Made by a program: the position numbers and the translations under genes. The notes under the pieces are model-generated. The model had not been told where the DNA came from. It saw nothing but the letters and a program-made list of their open reading frames with translations, and ran no database searches. Source: Hadesarchaea archaeon (GTDB lineage: Archaea; Hadarchaeota; Hadarchaeia; Hadarchaeales; Hadarchaeaceae). From it: 64,000 nt of DNA. Position 1 is the stretch's first letter. Every line of letters begins with the position of its first letter. This document shows positions 8,775-17,998 of the stretch, in pieces. The stretch covers positions 11,027-75,026 of the forward strand of contig JAUWBN010000001.1 of NCBI GenBank assembly GCA_030601675.1, in the 5' to 3' direction.

Positions 8775-10046
8775 ATGATGGCGATGCAAATGCCCATCGA
8801 TACCAAGACGCGTTACCAATTCAGGCGGATGCTCGAAGATCTGGCTGGCAAGCGCGGCCGAGGGACCGAGCTCATCTCGGTCTACATCTCCCCAGATTTC
8901 GAGCTCACCAAGGTCATCCAACAGCTCCGGGATGAGCAGGGGACGGCAAGCAACATAAAATCGAAGACGACCCGAAAGAACGTGATAAGCGCCCTCGAGC
9001 GGATCATCCAGTTCCTGCGCACCTACGCCGACACCCGCAGGCGCCCCCCCTCGAACGGGATGGCCATATTTTGCGGGAACGTGGCTGGGCGTGAGGACAT
9101 CGCGGACATCCAGCTCTACTGGGTCGAGCCCCCCGAGCCGATAACCATTCGCATGTACCGCTGCGACCAAGAGTTCGTGCTCGAGCCGCTGCAGGATATG
9201 CTTCAGGTTAGGGAGACCGTGGGGGTGCTCGTCATGGATCGGCGAGAGGCGACGCTCGCGACACTGCGGGGCAAACATGTCGAGATCGTGAGGAGGTTGA
9301 CCTCCGGCGTCCCAGGGAAACACGGCAAGGGAGGGCAGTCTGCACGGCGGTTCGAGCGGTCGATAGAGATCGCCGCTCATGAATACGCGAAGCGCGTCGC
9401 CGAAGCCGCCAACGAGATATTTTCGCATATCCCCGACCTGCGGGCGATCCTAGTCGGTGGCCCAGGGCCGACGAAGGACGAATTTTTGAAGAGTGAATTG
9501 TTGCACGAGGTGGTCAAGCGTAAAATCGCCGGGGTGCTCGATACCGGCTACACCGACGAACAGGGGGTAAAGGAAGTGGTCAACAAATCGGGTGAGGTTC
9601 TCGCCGATCTCGATATCCTGAAGGAAAAATCACTGGTGCAGCGCTTCATGGAGGAGCTCGTCGCGGGCAAGGGGTTGGTCGCATACGGCGAGCGGGAGAT
9701 CAGACAATTCCTCGAGCTGGGGGCGGTGAAGCTGCTCCTGATTTCAGAGGACCTGCGGAGGAGCCGTGCGCTCGCGCGATGCCAAGCCTGCGGGCACGAG
9801 CTGCGGGAAACCGTTGACGATATCAAAACTTACCAGAGGGAGCTGGCGGGGCGAGCCTGTCCCAGCTGCGGCGAGACCAGGCTGGTGCTCCTGGAGAGCA
9901 AGGATGTAGTGCAGGAATTGCTCGAGCTGTCGGAGCGGTTCGGCGCGGGGGTGGAGTTCATCTCGACCGAAACCGAGGAGGGCAAGCAGCTTCGCGTGGC
10001 TTTCAAGGGCTTGGGGGCTATTTTGAGGTTCAGGCCAGCTGCGTGA
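8775..10046 (+). CDS. prf1: Peptide chain release factor aRF1
   Basis: GGQ motif (KHGKGGQSARRFER), an NIKS-like region (ASNIKSKTTRKN) and a C-terminal zinc ribbon. Confidence 0.9.
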   Translation: MMAMQMPIDTKTRYQFRRMLEDLAGKRGRGTELISVYISPDFELTKVIQQLRDEQGTASNIKSKTTRKNVISALERIIQFLRTYADTRRRPPSNGMAIFCGNVAGREDIADIQLYWVEPPEPITIRMYRCDQEFVLEPLQDMLQVRETVGVLVMDRREATLATLRGKHVEIVRRLTSGVPGKHGKGGQSARRFERSIEIAAHEYAKRVAEAANEIFSHIPDLRAILVGGPGPTKDEFLKSELLHEVVKRKIAGVLDTGYTDEQGVKEVVNKSGEVLADLDILKEKSLVQRFMEELVAGKGLVAYGEREIRQFLELGAVKLLLISEDLRRSRALARCQACGHELRETVDDIKTYQRELAGRACPSCGETRLVLLESKDVVQELLELSERFGAGVEFISTETEEGKQLRVAFKGLGAILRFRPAA

Positions 10047-10062
10047 TTTAATTGATTTTTGG
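10047..10062 (+). terminator. T-rich tract after prf1
   Basis: TTTAATTGATTTTTGG lies immediately after the stop codon, resembling an archaeal oligo-T terminator. Confidence 0.3.
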
Positions 10063-10240
10063 CCCACAATCCCTCGAATGACCTTTAGGCCCTGTTCAAC
10101 TGCGTCACCAGAAAACCCAGCAAATTATCGCGATTTTCATGGTTGAGGGTATATTTTTACCCCGTAAGCGATAAGAGGATATATGTGAACCCCACGACGG
10201 GGAGATTGCCCGAGGGGGAATGCAAAAAAGGAGGCTAAAA

Positions 10241-11224
10241 ATGAGTCCAAAGCTTATAGCATCGGCCTTAGTGTGTTTGCTGCTTACGTTTACACTCTCA
10301 GCGATGGCGGTGGGTGCTGTCTCGTCCTCCGGAACCATAATAAATGTCCCCAAGGATTACCCGACGATTCAAGCCGCCATAGACGCGGCCTCGGCGGGCG
10401 ACACGGTCTTGGTTGCGCCAGGGACGTACTACGAGAGCATTCAAATGAAGTCTGGGGTGACCATCAAGGGTTCGGGGGCAGACGTTACGATAATCCACGG
10501 CGACGGGAGTTGGTTTAAGTATCCAGATTGGGCATATACAGTTCTTGGGGCAAACGATAGCACCATCACGGGATTCACCATCACCGGAAGCATTTATGGC
10601 ATCATCTGCTACAACTCCTCCCCGACGATTACCAACAACGTGATCACCTGCAACAGGTGGCATGGCATCTTTAACGCCCAGTCCTCCCCGACGATTACCA
10701 ACAACGTGATCACCGGCAATGGGTCGCGGGGCATCTGGAGCAGAAACTCCTCCCCGACGATTACCAACAACATAATCACCGGCAACGTCTATAGCATCTT
10801 CAACTACAACTCCTCCCCGACGATTACCTACAATGACATATGGGGCAACGGGTTCAATAGCATCTCCAACTACCGCACCTCCCCGATAATAGCAAATAAT
10901 ATATCCGCCGATCCGCTGTTCGTGGATCCCGCAAATGGCGACTACCGCCTACAGACAGGCTCGCCATCTATTGACGCTGGAACGAATGACGCACCCGGCC
11001 TACCGGAGACCGACTCCGATGGCAACCCCAGAATAGTTGATGGTGATGGCGACGGGGTAGCAATCGTCGACATGGGCGCATTTGAGTATCCCGGCGCAGT
11101 CCCACCGGGCTGGAGCGAAGGAAGGAAGACCGGCTGGAATGGCAATATGCCCCCAGGATTGGACAAGCAGGATAAAACACCCCAAGGTTTCGACCAAGGC
11201 AGGAAGGAAGGCTGGCAGAGATAG
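10241..11224 (+). CDS. Secreted right-handed parallel beta-helix repeat protein
   Basis: Signal peptide MSPKLIASALVCLLLTFTLSAMAVGA. Repeated SSPTITNNVITGN coils of the NosD/pectate-lyase-like type. AAAGGAGG sits 6 nt before the ATG at 10241. Confidence 0.7.
   Translation: MSPKLIASALVCLLLTFTLSAMAVGAVSSSGTIINVPKDYPTIQAAIDAASAGDTVLVAPGTYYESIQMKSGVTIKGSGADVTIIHGDGSWFKYPDWAYTVLGANDSTITGFTITGSIYGIICYNSSPTITNNVITCNRWHGIFNAQSSPTITNNVITGNGSRGIWSRNSSPTITNNIITGNVYSIFNYNSSPTITYNDIWGNGFNSISNYRTSPIIANNISADPLFVDPANGDYRLQTGSPSIDAGTNDAPGLPETDSDGNPRIVDGDGDGVAIVDMGAFEYPGAVPPGWSEGRKTGWNGNMPPGLDKQDKTPQGFDQGRKEGWQR
10606..10880 (+). repeat. Tandem coding repeats of about 66 nt (4.3 copies) inside the beta-helix gene
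   Basis: TCCTCCCCGACGATTACCAACAAC recurs at 10606, 10672, 10738 and 10801. Confidence 0.8.
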
Positions 11225-11323
11225 TACAACCGCATCCCAAGCCCGGTTGTGGAAAAGTCGGTGTTACTTAGGTTACCGGGACGAGGGTTGTGGGGCCTTA
11301 ACCCCCTTCCCTCTTGTTATTTT

Positions 11324-12577
11324 TTACGTGCCGAATTTCCAAGACCGCAAGTACCCCAGTTGCTCGCGGGTGAGTTTCTCCAGCCCTACGCCGAGCGACT
11401 TCAGCTTAAGCTTGGCCACCCTCCGATCGATCTCGGCCGGCACGTCGTGGACCTTTGGTTCCAGTTCCTTGCCGTGCTCCGCGAGGTACCCAACGCTTAG
11501 GGCCTGCAACGCGAAGCTCATGTCCATTATCTCCATTGGGTGCCCGAGCGAGCGTTTGCCTGCGAGGTTGACGAGGCGTCCTTCAGCGAGTAGGTAAAGT
11601 CGCCTTCCATCCCTGAGCTGAAACTCCGCAACATCTTCCAACACTTCACGCCTCTTTATGGCGAGCTTCCTGAGCGCGGGAATGTCGATCTCGACGTTGA
11701 AGTGCCCCGCGTTGCACAGGATTGCCCCATCGCGCATCCGCCGCATGTGCTCCTTCCGAATGACGCCGATGTTGCCGGTTGTGGTTATGAAGATGTCACC
11801 GACGCGCGCAGCCTCCGCCATCCGTGCAACCCTGAATCCGTCCATCGTCGCCTCGAGCGCCTTGATCGGGTCGGTTTCGACGACGGTCACGATCGCGCCC
11901 AGCCCCTTCGCGCGCGAGGCCATGCCGCGCCCCACGAAACCGTAACCCACCACCACGATCTGTTTGCCGGCGATCAGCGTGTTCGTGGTCGCCATGATCC
12001 CCTGAAGGGTCGACTCGGCTGTCCCAAAGCGATTATCGAACAGACGCTTTGCGGGCGAGTCGTTCACAGCGATTACCGGGAACTTCAACGCACCGTCGGC
12101 CGCCATCATTCGCAGTCGGTTCACCCCAGTGGTCGTTTCCTCGCACGCCCCCCGACTCTTCTGAATTCTTTCGGGGCGCTTGGCATGGGTCGTCGAGATG
12201 AGGTCCGCGCCATCATCGATTAGGATATCCGGACGGTGATCGAGGACGCGATGGAGGTTCGCGTAGTAGTCCTTCTCGCTCTGCCCGCGCCACGCGTACA
12301 CGTTTATGCCATCCTTCATGAGGGCAGCGACCACCTCATCACGCGTCGAGAGGGGGTTGCATCCTGCCAGAGCAACTTCTGCCCCTCCCGCGACCAAAGT
12401 TCGAACAAGAGCGGCAGTTTTCGCCTCAAGGTGCAACGAAGCCCCAACTCTCAGTCCTTTTAGCGGCTTTCGCTTCGACATCTCCTTGCGGATTGTCATC
12501 AAGACCGGCATGTGGCGCTCCACCCACTCGATCTTGCGCTTGCCCTTCGGCGCTAGGACAGCGATTTTAGGCCTCAT
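11324..12577 (-). CDS. ahcY: S-adenosyl-L-homocysteine hydrolase
   Basis: NAD-binding GYGFVGRG motif and overall AhcY pattern. 417 aa. Confidence 0.9.
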   Translation of the reverse strand: MRPKIAVLAPKGKRKIEWVERHMPVLMTIRKEMSKRKPLKGLRVGASLHLEAKTAALVRTLVAGGAEVALAGCNPLSTRDEVVAALMKDGINVYAWRGQSEKDYYANLHRVLDHRPDILIDDGADLISTTHAKRPERIQKSRGACEETTTGVNRLRMMAADGALKFPVIAVNDSPAKRLFDNRFGTAESTLQGIMATTNTLIAGKQIVVVGYGFVGRGMASRAKGLGAIVTVVETDPIKALEATMDGFRVARMAEAARVGDIFITTTGNIGVIRKEHMRRMRDGAILCNAGHFNVEIDIPALRKLAIKRREVLEDVAEFQLRDGRRLYLLAEGRLVNLAGKRSLGHPMEIMDMSFALQALSVGYLAEHGKELEPKVHDVPAEIDRRVAKLKLKSLGVGLEKLTREQLGYLRSWKFGT

Positions 12578-13884
12578 TTTTTGCCCTCCCTCCTGGCTAG
12601 GAAATCATCGGAACTCTCCTGTGCCTCCATCAAAACTTTGTCCTCGTCAAGCGTTAGAACCTTGCGCCCCTGCATCAAGACCTTTCCATCTACAATCGTG
12701 GTATCGACATCACTACCCACGGCGCTGTAAACGAGATGGGAAATCACGCTGTGGAGTGGTTTGAGGTGGGGCTTTTGAAGGTCCACCAACACGATATCTG
12801 CCTTTTTCCCGGCTTCCAGCGAGCCGATGCTGTCCTGAAGTCCTAGCGCGATTGCCCCGTTGATGGTCGCCATCTCCAACGCTACTTGGGCCGGCACGGC
12901 GACCGGGTCAAGTTTGTGGACTTTGTTGAGCAGGGCTGCAAATTTCATCTCGTTGAACATGTCGAGCGAGTTGTTCGAGGCTGCCCCATCCGTGCCAAGC
13001 GCAACTGGTATGCCTGCCGCAAGCATTTCGGGTACAGGCGCTACGCCGCAGGCTATCTTCATGTTGCTCACTGGATTATGTACCGGCTTGACTTTGCGAT
13101 TATGTAAAATTTTAATCTCCTGCTCGGTTAACTGAACGCAATGTGCCGCTAAGACCTCCGATCCGAGGAAACCTATTGAATCGAGATGTTCAACCGGACG
13201 CTTGCCATATTTCTTCATGATTTTATCAACTTCATCCTGACTTTCAGAAATGTGGACATGGATGCCGACCTTGTATTTCTTTGCCAGCTCCTTAACCTGC
13301 ATTAAGCACTCGGGCGAGCATGTGTAAGCCGCGTGAGGTCCAAACATCGTGAGGATTCGACCGTTCGCCTTCCCGTGACAAGTTTTGACTAACCTCTCGC
13401 CTTCCCTAATCGTCGTCTCACGCTTCTTAGGATCGTCCAGCTCGATAATGCCGCGAGAGAGCACGCCTCTGAGGCCAGCTTTCTCTACAGCCCGTGCGAC
13501 ATCTTCCATGTAAAAGTATTGGTCAGCGAAGCAAGTAGTCCCTGACTTTATCATCTCGAGGCAACCGAGCAAGGCTCCAGTATAACAATCGTCAGCCGTG
13601 AGATTTTTTTCTATTGGCCAAATCTTCGTTTCGAGCCACTCCATCAAGGGCATGTCATCAGCAACGCCCCGTAGCAAAGTCATCGAGAGGTGGGTGTGGG
13701 CGTTAATGAGCCCCGGCAGCACAGCCTTCCCGCGGGCATCGATCACGGTATCGGCTCGCTCTTTAACATCTTTGCCGACCGCGGTTATTTTGTCTCCCTC
13801 GATCGCCACCGAGCCCCGCTCGAGGATGCGGCGCTGGGCGTCCATCGTGATGATGTAGCCATCCTTGATCAGGATATCCGCCAA
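12574..13884 (-). CDS. mtaD: MtaD-like amidohydrolase (5'-methylthioadenosine/S-adenosylhomocysteine/5'-deoxyadenosine deaminase family)
   Basis: HTHLSM metal-binding motif and amidohydrolase fold. The likely TTG start gives [13 protein letters not shown], preceded by GGGGAG. It overlaps ahcY by 4 nt. Confidence 0.75.
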   Translation of the reverse strand: MADILIKDGYIITMDAQRRILERGSVAIEGDKITAVGKDVKERADTVIDARGKAVLPGLINAHTHLSMTLLRGVADDMPLMEWLETKIWPIEKNLTADDCYTGALLGCLEMIKSGTTCFADQYFYMEDVARAVEKAGLRGVLSRGIIELDDPKKRETTIREGERLVKTCHGKANGRILTMFGPHAAYTCSPECLMQVKELAKKYKVGIHVHISESQDEVDKIMKKYGKRPVEHLDSIGFLGSEVLAAHCVQLTEQEIKILHNRKVKPVHNPVSNMKIACGVAPVPEMLAAGIPVALGTDGAASNNSLDMFNEMKFAALLNKVHKLDPVAVPAQVALEMATINGAIALGLQDSIGSLEAGKKADIVLVDLQKPHLKPLHSVISHLVYSAVGSDVDTTIVDGKVLMQGRKVLTLDEDKVLMEAQESSDDFLARREGKK

Positions 13885-13894
13885 GTCATCTCCC

Positions 13895-14413
13895 CTAGCG
13901 CGCGAGTTCCTTGGCGATGGTGCGCCCAAATTCTCGAGCAGCTCCAGGACCATTCGCAGTTATAATGTTTCCATCGACTTCGACAGGTTTCCCGGTGTAA
14001 GTGGCGCCTTTGCTCTCGATCTTTCGGACGTACTCGCCGTCCCAGACCGTCGCGCGCTTGCCCTTGAGCACCCCAGCGTTCGCGAGGATGGTCAGCGCGA
14101 TGCAGATGGCGCAAGTTTTCTTTCCCTTGCCGAACGCTTCGCTGGCTATGGAAAGAGCCCGTTTGTCGTTGAAGTAAACCGACGCGCCTGGGCCCCCAAC
14201 GAACGCGATAGCATCATAATCACCCACGTTTATCTGATCGAGCTTGATGTCCGGCGTCACCGTTGCGCCGAGCAAGCCCTTCACTGCACCTGTCTTCGCG
14301 CTGGCAACCGTCACCTTTGCCCCTGCGCTCTCCAGCTCCTCTCTCGTGTGCAAAAGCTCCTCGTCCCTGAAGTTCTCGGGTGCGATTATCATCAACACTT
14401 TTTCACCCGCCAA
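13895..14413 (-). CDS. DJ-1/PfpI family protein
   Basis: KVLMIIAPENFRDEEL with the Cys nucleophile context AICIAL. 172 aa. Confidence 0.8.
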   Translation of the reverse strand: MAGEKVLMIIAPENFRDEELLHTREELESAGAKVTVASAKTGAVKGLLGATVTPDIKLDQINVGDYDAIAFVGGPGASVYFNDKRALSIASEAFGKGKKTCAICIALTILANAGVLKGKRATVWDGEYVRKIESKGATYTGKPVEVDGNIITANGPGAAREFGRTIAKELAR

Positions 14414-14532
14414 ATCGACCCCCCGAGATTATTAGGAAACCTACATTAATAAGTATGAAATTATGGATGGGGTGAAACAACACTTGCCTTTTAAGGTTTA
14501 AGTTTACCAAGGTTGAGCTGAAGGTGATTAAA

Positions 14533-14949
14533 ATGAAAAACAGTGAGATATCTAGAATTTCAACTACTGGCGTGAAAATACGGGAATTAATGACAACAAA
14601 TGTCGTGACAATAGATCCTGAAAAAAGTGTATCCAAAGCTGTGAAAAAAATGGTGGAGAGGAATGTAGAATGTCTTCCGATAGTAAAGTTCGGGGCGCTT
14701 CAGGGTCTAATTACTTTTCGCGACATAATAGAAAAAGTTGTTTATGCGAAGAGGGTGCCGGAAAAGACAAAGGTTAGAGACATAATGGCAAAAAAGATGG
14801 TAACTTGTGGCCCAGATTCGACAATAATAGAAGTGGTAAAGCTGATGAAAAACAAGAGGTTGAGGAGAATTCCAGTTATTGATGAAAACAGAAGATTACT
14901 GGGTATTATCACAAATTTTGATTTGGCAATATTTGGCTGGGAAATTTAA
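14533..14949 (+). CDS. CBS domain pair protein
   Basis: Two CBS motifs. The gene lies in an AT-rich patch (14.40-14.95 kb). Confidence 0.7.
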   Translation: MKNSEISRISTTGVKIRELMTTNVVTIDPEKSVSKAVKKMVERNVECLPIVKFGALQGLITFRDIIEKVVYAKRVPEKTKVRDIMAKKMVTCGPDSTIIEVVKLMKNKRLRRIPVIDENRRLLGIITNFDLAIFGWEI

Positions 14950-15001
14950 ACTTCTTGGCTGACCTTTTAAATTTAAATCGCTGCTGTCCAAAGGAGGAAA
15001 G

Positions 15002-16824
15002 GTGGGAACACGGCGAAGTACTACATCACCACGCCCATCTACTACATCAACGCGGTGCCCCACATCGGGCATGCCTACACCACCATAGTTGCTGATGTGC
15101 TCGCGCGATGGCACCGCCTGCGCGGGGACGATGTCTTCTTCCTGACCGGACTTGATGAGAACTCGATGAAGACCGTCGAGGCGGCAAAAGAACAGGGTTT
15201 CAAGGACATCCAAGAGTACGCGGACTCGATGGCGGAGAGGTGGGTCGGCGCTTGGAAAATCTTCGACATAAGCTACGACGACTTCATCCGTACCACCCAG
15301 GAGCGCCATAAGCGGAACGTCGAGGAGTTCTTCAAGCGAATCCAGGAGAGCGGGGACATCTACAAGGGAGAGTACGAGGGGCTCTACTGCGAGGGCTGCG
15401 AGGCCTACGTGGCCGAGGGTGACCTGGTCGATGGGAAATGTCCCCTCCACCAAAAGAAACCTAAGCGAATCAAAGAGGAGAACTACTTTTTCAGACTCTC
15501 GAAGTACCAAGATCAGATCCTGAATCACATCGAGGCCAATCCCCAATTTATCCAACCCGAGGCGCGGAGGAACGAGGTATTCAGCTTTATCAAGGGTGGC
15601 CTTCGGGACGTCAGCGTTTCCCGCCCGGGGCTGGAGTGGGGGATAAAAGTTCCCGGCGACCCGACGCAGACGATCTGGGTCTGGCTAGATGCATTGTGTA
15701 ACTATATGTTACCGCACGATTATTGGCCAGCCGACGCCCACTTAATCGCGAAAGACATCCTGCGCTTTCACTGCGTGGTGTGGCCAGGTATGTTACTCTC
15801 GGCTGGCCATGCGCTGCCCAAACAGATCTTCGCGCATGGATTCCTGACGGTCGAAGGGCGGAAGATCAGCAAATCGCTCGGCAACGTCATCGACCCGGCT
15901 TACCTGGTCGAGAAGTACTCCGCCGACGTGATACGCTACTTTTTGATCCGCGAGGTTTCCTTCGGTCAGGACGGCAATTTCTCCGAGGAGAGCTTGCGCA
16001 CGAGGCTGAACGACGAGCTCGCGGATGTGCTCGGGAATTTCGTGCACCGAGTGCTCACCTTCACCCGAGACCGCTTCGGCGGGAAGGTGCCGGATGGAAA
16101 AATTGACAAGAAACTCGAAACTGAGGTTGGCGAGCGGATGGAGAAGGTGGAGAAACTGCTCGAAGAATCGAAGGTCACCCAGGCGCTCGAGGAAATCATG
16201 GCGATCGCGGGGCGCGGGAACGAGTACTTCCAGTCTCACGGGCCTTGGAAGACGATAAAGAGCGACCCCAAAAAAGCAGCGGACTGCCTCCTCAACTGCG
16301 TGAACCTCGTGAAGGCGCTGTGTGCGATGCTCTCGCCCTTCATGCCCTCGACCTGCGCTGAACTCGCAAAACAGCTCAACCTGGAGGTAAGCAACTGGAA
16401 GCAGGCGAAAAAATTCGATATCAAACCGGGGCACCCGATACGGGAACCAACGATCCTCTTCAAGAAGCTCCAATCTCATAACCCTTCGCGACATGGGGGT
16501 GAGCTGGCCACGACTAAAGATCTAAACAAGCTGGACATCCGCATCGGCAGCGTGGTGAAGGCGGAGCGGGTTCAGGGGTCGGAGAAGCTGTTGAAGCTCG
16601 AGGTGGAACTCGCCGACGAGCGCCGCACGATCGTGGCCGGGGTCGCGGAGCATTATCGGCCCGAGGAACTCGTCGGAAAGCAGGTCGCGGTCATCGTTAA
16701 CCTCGAGCCGGCGAAGCTGATGGGAATAAAATCCGAGTGCATGCTCCTTGCCGCGGTCGAGGAGGGGAAGATCTCGCTGCTGACCGCCGACAAACCCGTG
16801 AAGCCCGGGACGAGGGTGGAGTAA
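15002..16824 (+). CDS. metG: Methionine--tRNA ligase with C-terminal tRNA-binding (EMAP/Trbp111-like) domain; 5' end anomalous
   Basis: KYYITTPIYYINAVPHIGHAY and KISKSLGN motifs, with a C-terminal LDIRIGSV...KLLKL domain. No in-frame ATG/GTG/TTG lies between 14977 and 15055. A GTG at 15002 sits behind a perfect SD but in the +1 frame. Confidence 0.8.
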
Positions 16825-17460
16825 TTGCTTCGCCTCGACCTCCACGTGCACACCACCCACTCGCGCGATGGTTTTTGTTCGGTCGCGGAGGCCGTGAAGG
16901 CGGCGCGGGCCAGAGGGCTGGACGGCATCGCAATCACCGACCACAACAGCGTCGGGGGGCATCCCGAGGCGAAAAAGCTCTCGCGCGGTGAATTCCTCGT
17001 AATCCCCGGGATAGAGGTCTCGAGCTCCGATGGGCACATCCTCGGCTTGGGGGTGAGCGAGCTCGTCCCACGGGGCCTGCCCGCGGGGGAGACCGTCAAG
17101 CTCATAAGAAAAATGGGGGGCATCGCGGTCGCAGCCCACCCATTTGCACTCGGGAAAAAACCCTCCCTCGTCTACAAGGCGAAGTTCGATGCGATCGAGG
17201 CCTTCAACTCCCGCGCGCTCTTCCTGAGCAATCGCCTCGCGCGCATGTTCGTCGAGCGAAATCACCTGCCCGCGACAGCCGGCTCGGACGCCCACTTTCC
17301 AGATGAGGTGGGCTTGGCGAGCGTGAGGTTGAATTGCGAGAAAAATGTCGAGTCCATTTTTGGGGAGATAAAGGGGGGAAGGGCATCGGTTTCAGGACGA
17401 ACCCTCCCCCTTCCGAGCTACCTGCAGAGGGCCCTCCACATGATCCTCCACGGGCATTGA
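16825..17460 (+). CDS. PHP domain metal-dependent phosphoesterase
   Basis: LDLHVHTTHSRDG and ITDHN PHP motifs. TTG start immediately after the metG stop. Confidence 0.7.
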   Translation: MLRLDLHVHTTHSRDGFCSVAEAVKAARARGLDGIAITDHNSVGGHPEAKKLSRGEFLVIPGIEVSSSDGHILGLGVSELVPRGLPAGETVKLIRKMGGIAVAAHPFALGKKPSLVYKAKFDAIEAFNSRALFLSNRLARMFVERNHLPATAGSDAHFPDEVGLASVRLNCEKNVESIFGEIKGGRASVSGRTLPLPSYLQRALHMILHGH

Positions 17461-17559
17461 TAAACGAAAAGGCGGGAGCGGCCCAAACCCATAAAGGGCC
17501 GTCCCGCCTGACACCCCGTTCGGAGGCTGGACCGAGGAGGTGGGGTGACCTTGAATTTT

Positions 17560-17751
17560 TCACCTTGACTTTTTCTTGGCGTATTTTTTCAAACCTTGGA
17601 ATCCTCCGATGTTGGTCATCACCCAATCGTGGATCATCTTGCGGACGACCTCGCTGCGGTTGCCGCCGTAGCCGGTGCCGATGAGGTCATCTATGATCCT
17701 GAGGTAAAGACCATCGACGAAGACGCGGACCTCGGCCTTTTTTTGAGACAT
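17560..17751 (-). CDS. Small putative ribbon-helix-helix/CopG-like DNA-binding protein
   Basis: 63 aa. N-terminal beta-strand (EVRVFVD) followed by two helices and a basic C-tail. Direct-repeat operators lie upstream. Confidence 0.4.
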   Translation of the reverse strand: MSQKKAEVRVFVDGLYLRIIDDLIGTGYGGNRSEVVRKMIHDWVMTNIGGFQGLKKYAKKKSR

Positions 17752-17772
17752 CCTCCTAGCCTCCCTTCACCC

Positions 17773-17803
17773 TCCAGCTACAATCCAGCTATAATCCAGC
17801 AGC
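17773..17803 (+). promoter_or_regulatory. Tandem 11-nt repeat TCCAGCTA(C/T)AA x2.8, one helical turn apart, between the TATA-like element and the RHH gene start
   Basis: TCCAGCTACAA TCCAGCTATAA TCCAGCAGC read directly from the sequence. A TTAAATAG element lies just upstream on the coding strand. Confidence 0.5.
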
Positions 17804-17873
17804 TATTTAAGGGTTTTGACTGGGGACTGGGGGGGCTTTGCCCATAAACTAAACCTTTTCTGAAATTTTGATT

Positions 17874-17939
17874 GACTTTATAGGCAAGCCAAGGACTTTA
17901 TGGGCAAACAGCAGAATTTACGACTTTATGGACAAAGCC
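17874..17939 (+). repeat. Three imperfect direct repeats GACTTTAT(A/G)G(G/A)CAA(G/A)
   Basis: Copies at 17874, 17894 and 17922 with 20/28 nt spacing, in a non-coding region between the surface-protein gene stop and the RHH gene. Confidence 0.5.
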
Positions 17940-17998
17940 GACTGGGGGGGGAATTTCGCCCGTCTTCACACTCCTCGCTCAAAAAAAGGGCGAAAAAC

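Noticed and set aside
16522-17295. Long antisense ORFs in GC-rich coding DNA (examples 16522-17295, 14896-15555, 20971-22026, 21786-22730, 5616-6167, 6669-7295, 34547-35050, 50526-51170, 58635-59465)
   Set aside because: They lie opposite or out of frame to genes with clear family signatures. Their translations are Arg/Pro/Gly-rich and low complexity, typical of spurious open frames in high-GC DNA.
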